In this document: positions 62,871 to 64,000 of the stretch, in pieces
How positions within the stretch are numbered: the first letter of the stretch is position 1
How the letters are laid out: the number at the start of each line of letters is the position of its first letter
Assembly: GCF_001194135.2 (NCBI RefSeq)
Contig: NC_068986.1
Span: 111,583,560 to 111,647,559 of the forward strand
DNA: 64,000 nucleotides
Origin: Octopus bimaculoides
Taxonomy: Eukaryota
Reading direction: 5' to 3'
Notes under the pieces: model-generated
The model's input: the letters and a program-made list of their open reading frames with translations, nothing else
What the model was told of the DNA's origin: nothing
Databases searched by the model: none
Program-made: the position numbers and the translations under genes

Positions 62871-63220
62871 TTTTTTGTTAATAAAAGTTCGCAGGTGGGT
62901 TGTGCGATTTATGGGTAATATTTTACTTATATTTATAGTTCAAAATAGTTGCCCTTTCCTTTCACCACAGCCCTTAATCTTGTTTCACCTAAAGTGCATA
63001 ACTTCTTCACCGCCTTTTCGGTCATATGGCACTATAACCTCTCAAGTGTATTTGTCTAGTCTGGTACACTTGAAACATCGCTCGCTAATGTGTGTCATCA
63101 CAAAATCCATAGGATTTTAATTTTTTTGTTAATAAAAGTTCAAGTTCGGTTGTTAGGTTCATGGACAATATTTCACTTACATTTACGGTTCAAAATATCT
63201 GCTCTTGCCTTTCACTACGG
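62871..63220 (-). mobile_element. Two tandem diverged 3' ends of a Tc1/mariner-type element (62871-62970 and 63122-63220)
   Basis: About 100-bp repeated unit; minus frames VVKGKGNYFEL* and VVKGKSRYFEP* resemble transposase C-termini (V.A.G.YFE*). Confidence 0.55.
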
Positions 63221-64000
63221 AGGGTTCTGTGCTTAATGGAGAATAAATGGACCTCAAAAAAATCTACAAAATTATCTCTTGGACAATTTCCACGTTAAAT
63301 TGGCTGTGTCCCGTCTTAGACATAGCAAATTCTAAATGTAGCCGGCAAACAAGGCAGCTTTCTTTTGTCCAACGTTTGCTAGTGAGCTCTGCTATTCACT
63401 TTCATTCCTTCTTCAATGAATATCAAGAGTAATTTGCAACCATCCGAAGCAACAGCAACCCAAACCATGACACCAGTGGATCACTGTCGTTTTAAATATG
63501 TTCGACACTTTCGGAGATGTTTTCTTTTGAAGTGGTGTAAACTTTTTCATAATAATAGTTGGTCACAGACACCAGAACGAAGAACATTTCGTCCAACCAA
63601 GCGAAGATGGTTTTATAATGGTACTGTACTATGTGTTGCAACACAATGTTATGCGCAAATTCTCCTTGTTTATGTTTTGATTATTTTTTACAAGAAACTA
63701 AAAGTATTTTGTCTGAGACAAAACTTATCAGAATACGCAACTTCTTGTAATTGAATTCTGGTAAAACTCTAAATAAAAGTTTACAAAGGCCTTAAGCCAA
63801 TATTTCGAATCCGATGGCTCATATAGCTTACAAAGTTTTCCTTTGCAATGCTCTTAACACCAATGAATTGTTTTACTATACACTCAGTACTAGTTTATGT
63901 GAAGTTACCTCATTCCAATGTTTTATTTAGCAGAAAACTACGAGGAAAATTAAGATATACTACAAAGAGAAAGACATTCTCGTGAAATACTTTGGTTGTT

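Overview
AT-rich eukaryotic scaffold with many N-gaps, almost all flanked by microsatellites. The microsatellite load and the SINE sequences resemble an octopod/coleoid cephalopod genome (inference from pattern recognition, not a database search). I find no confidently supportable host gene, intact RNA gene or CRISPR array; most ORFs in the supplied track are microsatellite or N-gap artefacts. The window is a graveyard of decayed mobile elements: two mariner transposons (17.4-18.8 kb, internally deleted and carrying a Helitron helicase insert; 41.35-42.65 kb, full length with TIRs and TA duplications), a three-piece R4/Dong-like REL-endonuclease LINE cluster (37.6-41.3 kb), RTE LINE relics, at least four Penelope-like (PLE) relics, TTAA-flanked MITEs and many tRNA-derived SINE pieces. 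The most interesting signal is a small element present at 46.5-46.85 kb and 52.1-52.4 kb. It has a tRNA-Arg-like Pol III head, an AT spacer and a tail carrying a minimal type-I hammerhead ribozyme. One copy has a PLE-style inverted tail duplication at its 5' end; the other starts 30 bp after the stop codon of a PLE GIY-YIG relic. This suggests a ribozyme-bearing SINE mobilised by PLEs, or a PLE with a tRNA-derived promoter in its terminal repeat. All alignments were done by eye and need computational confirmation.
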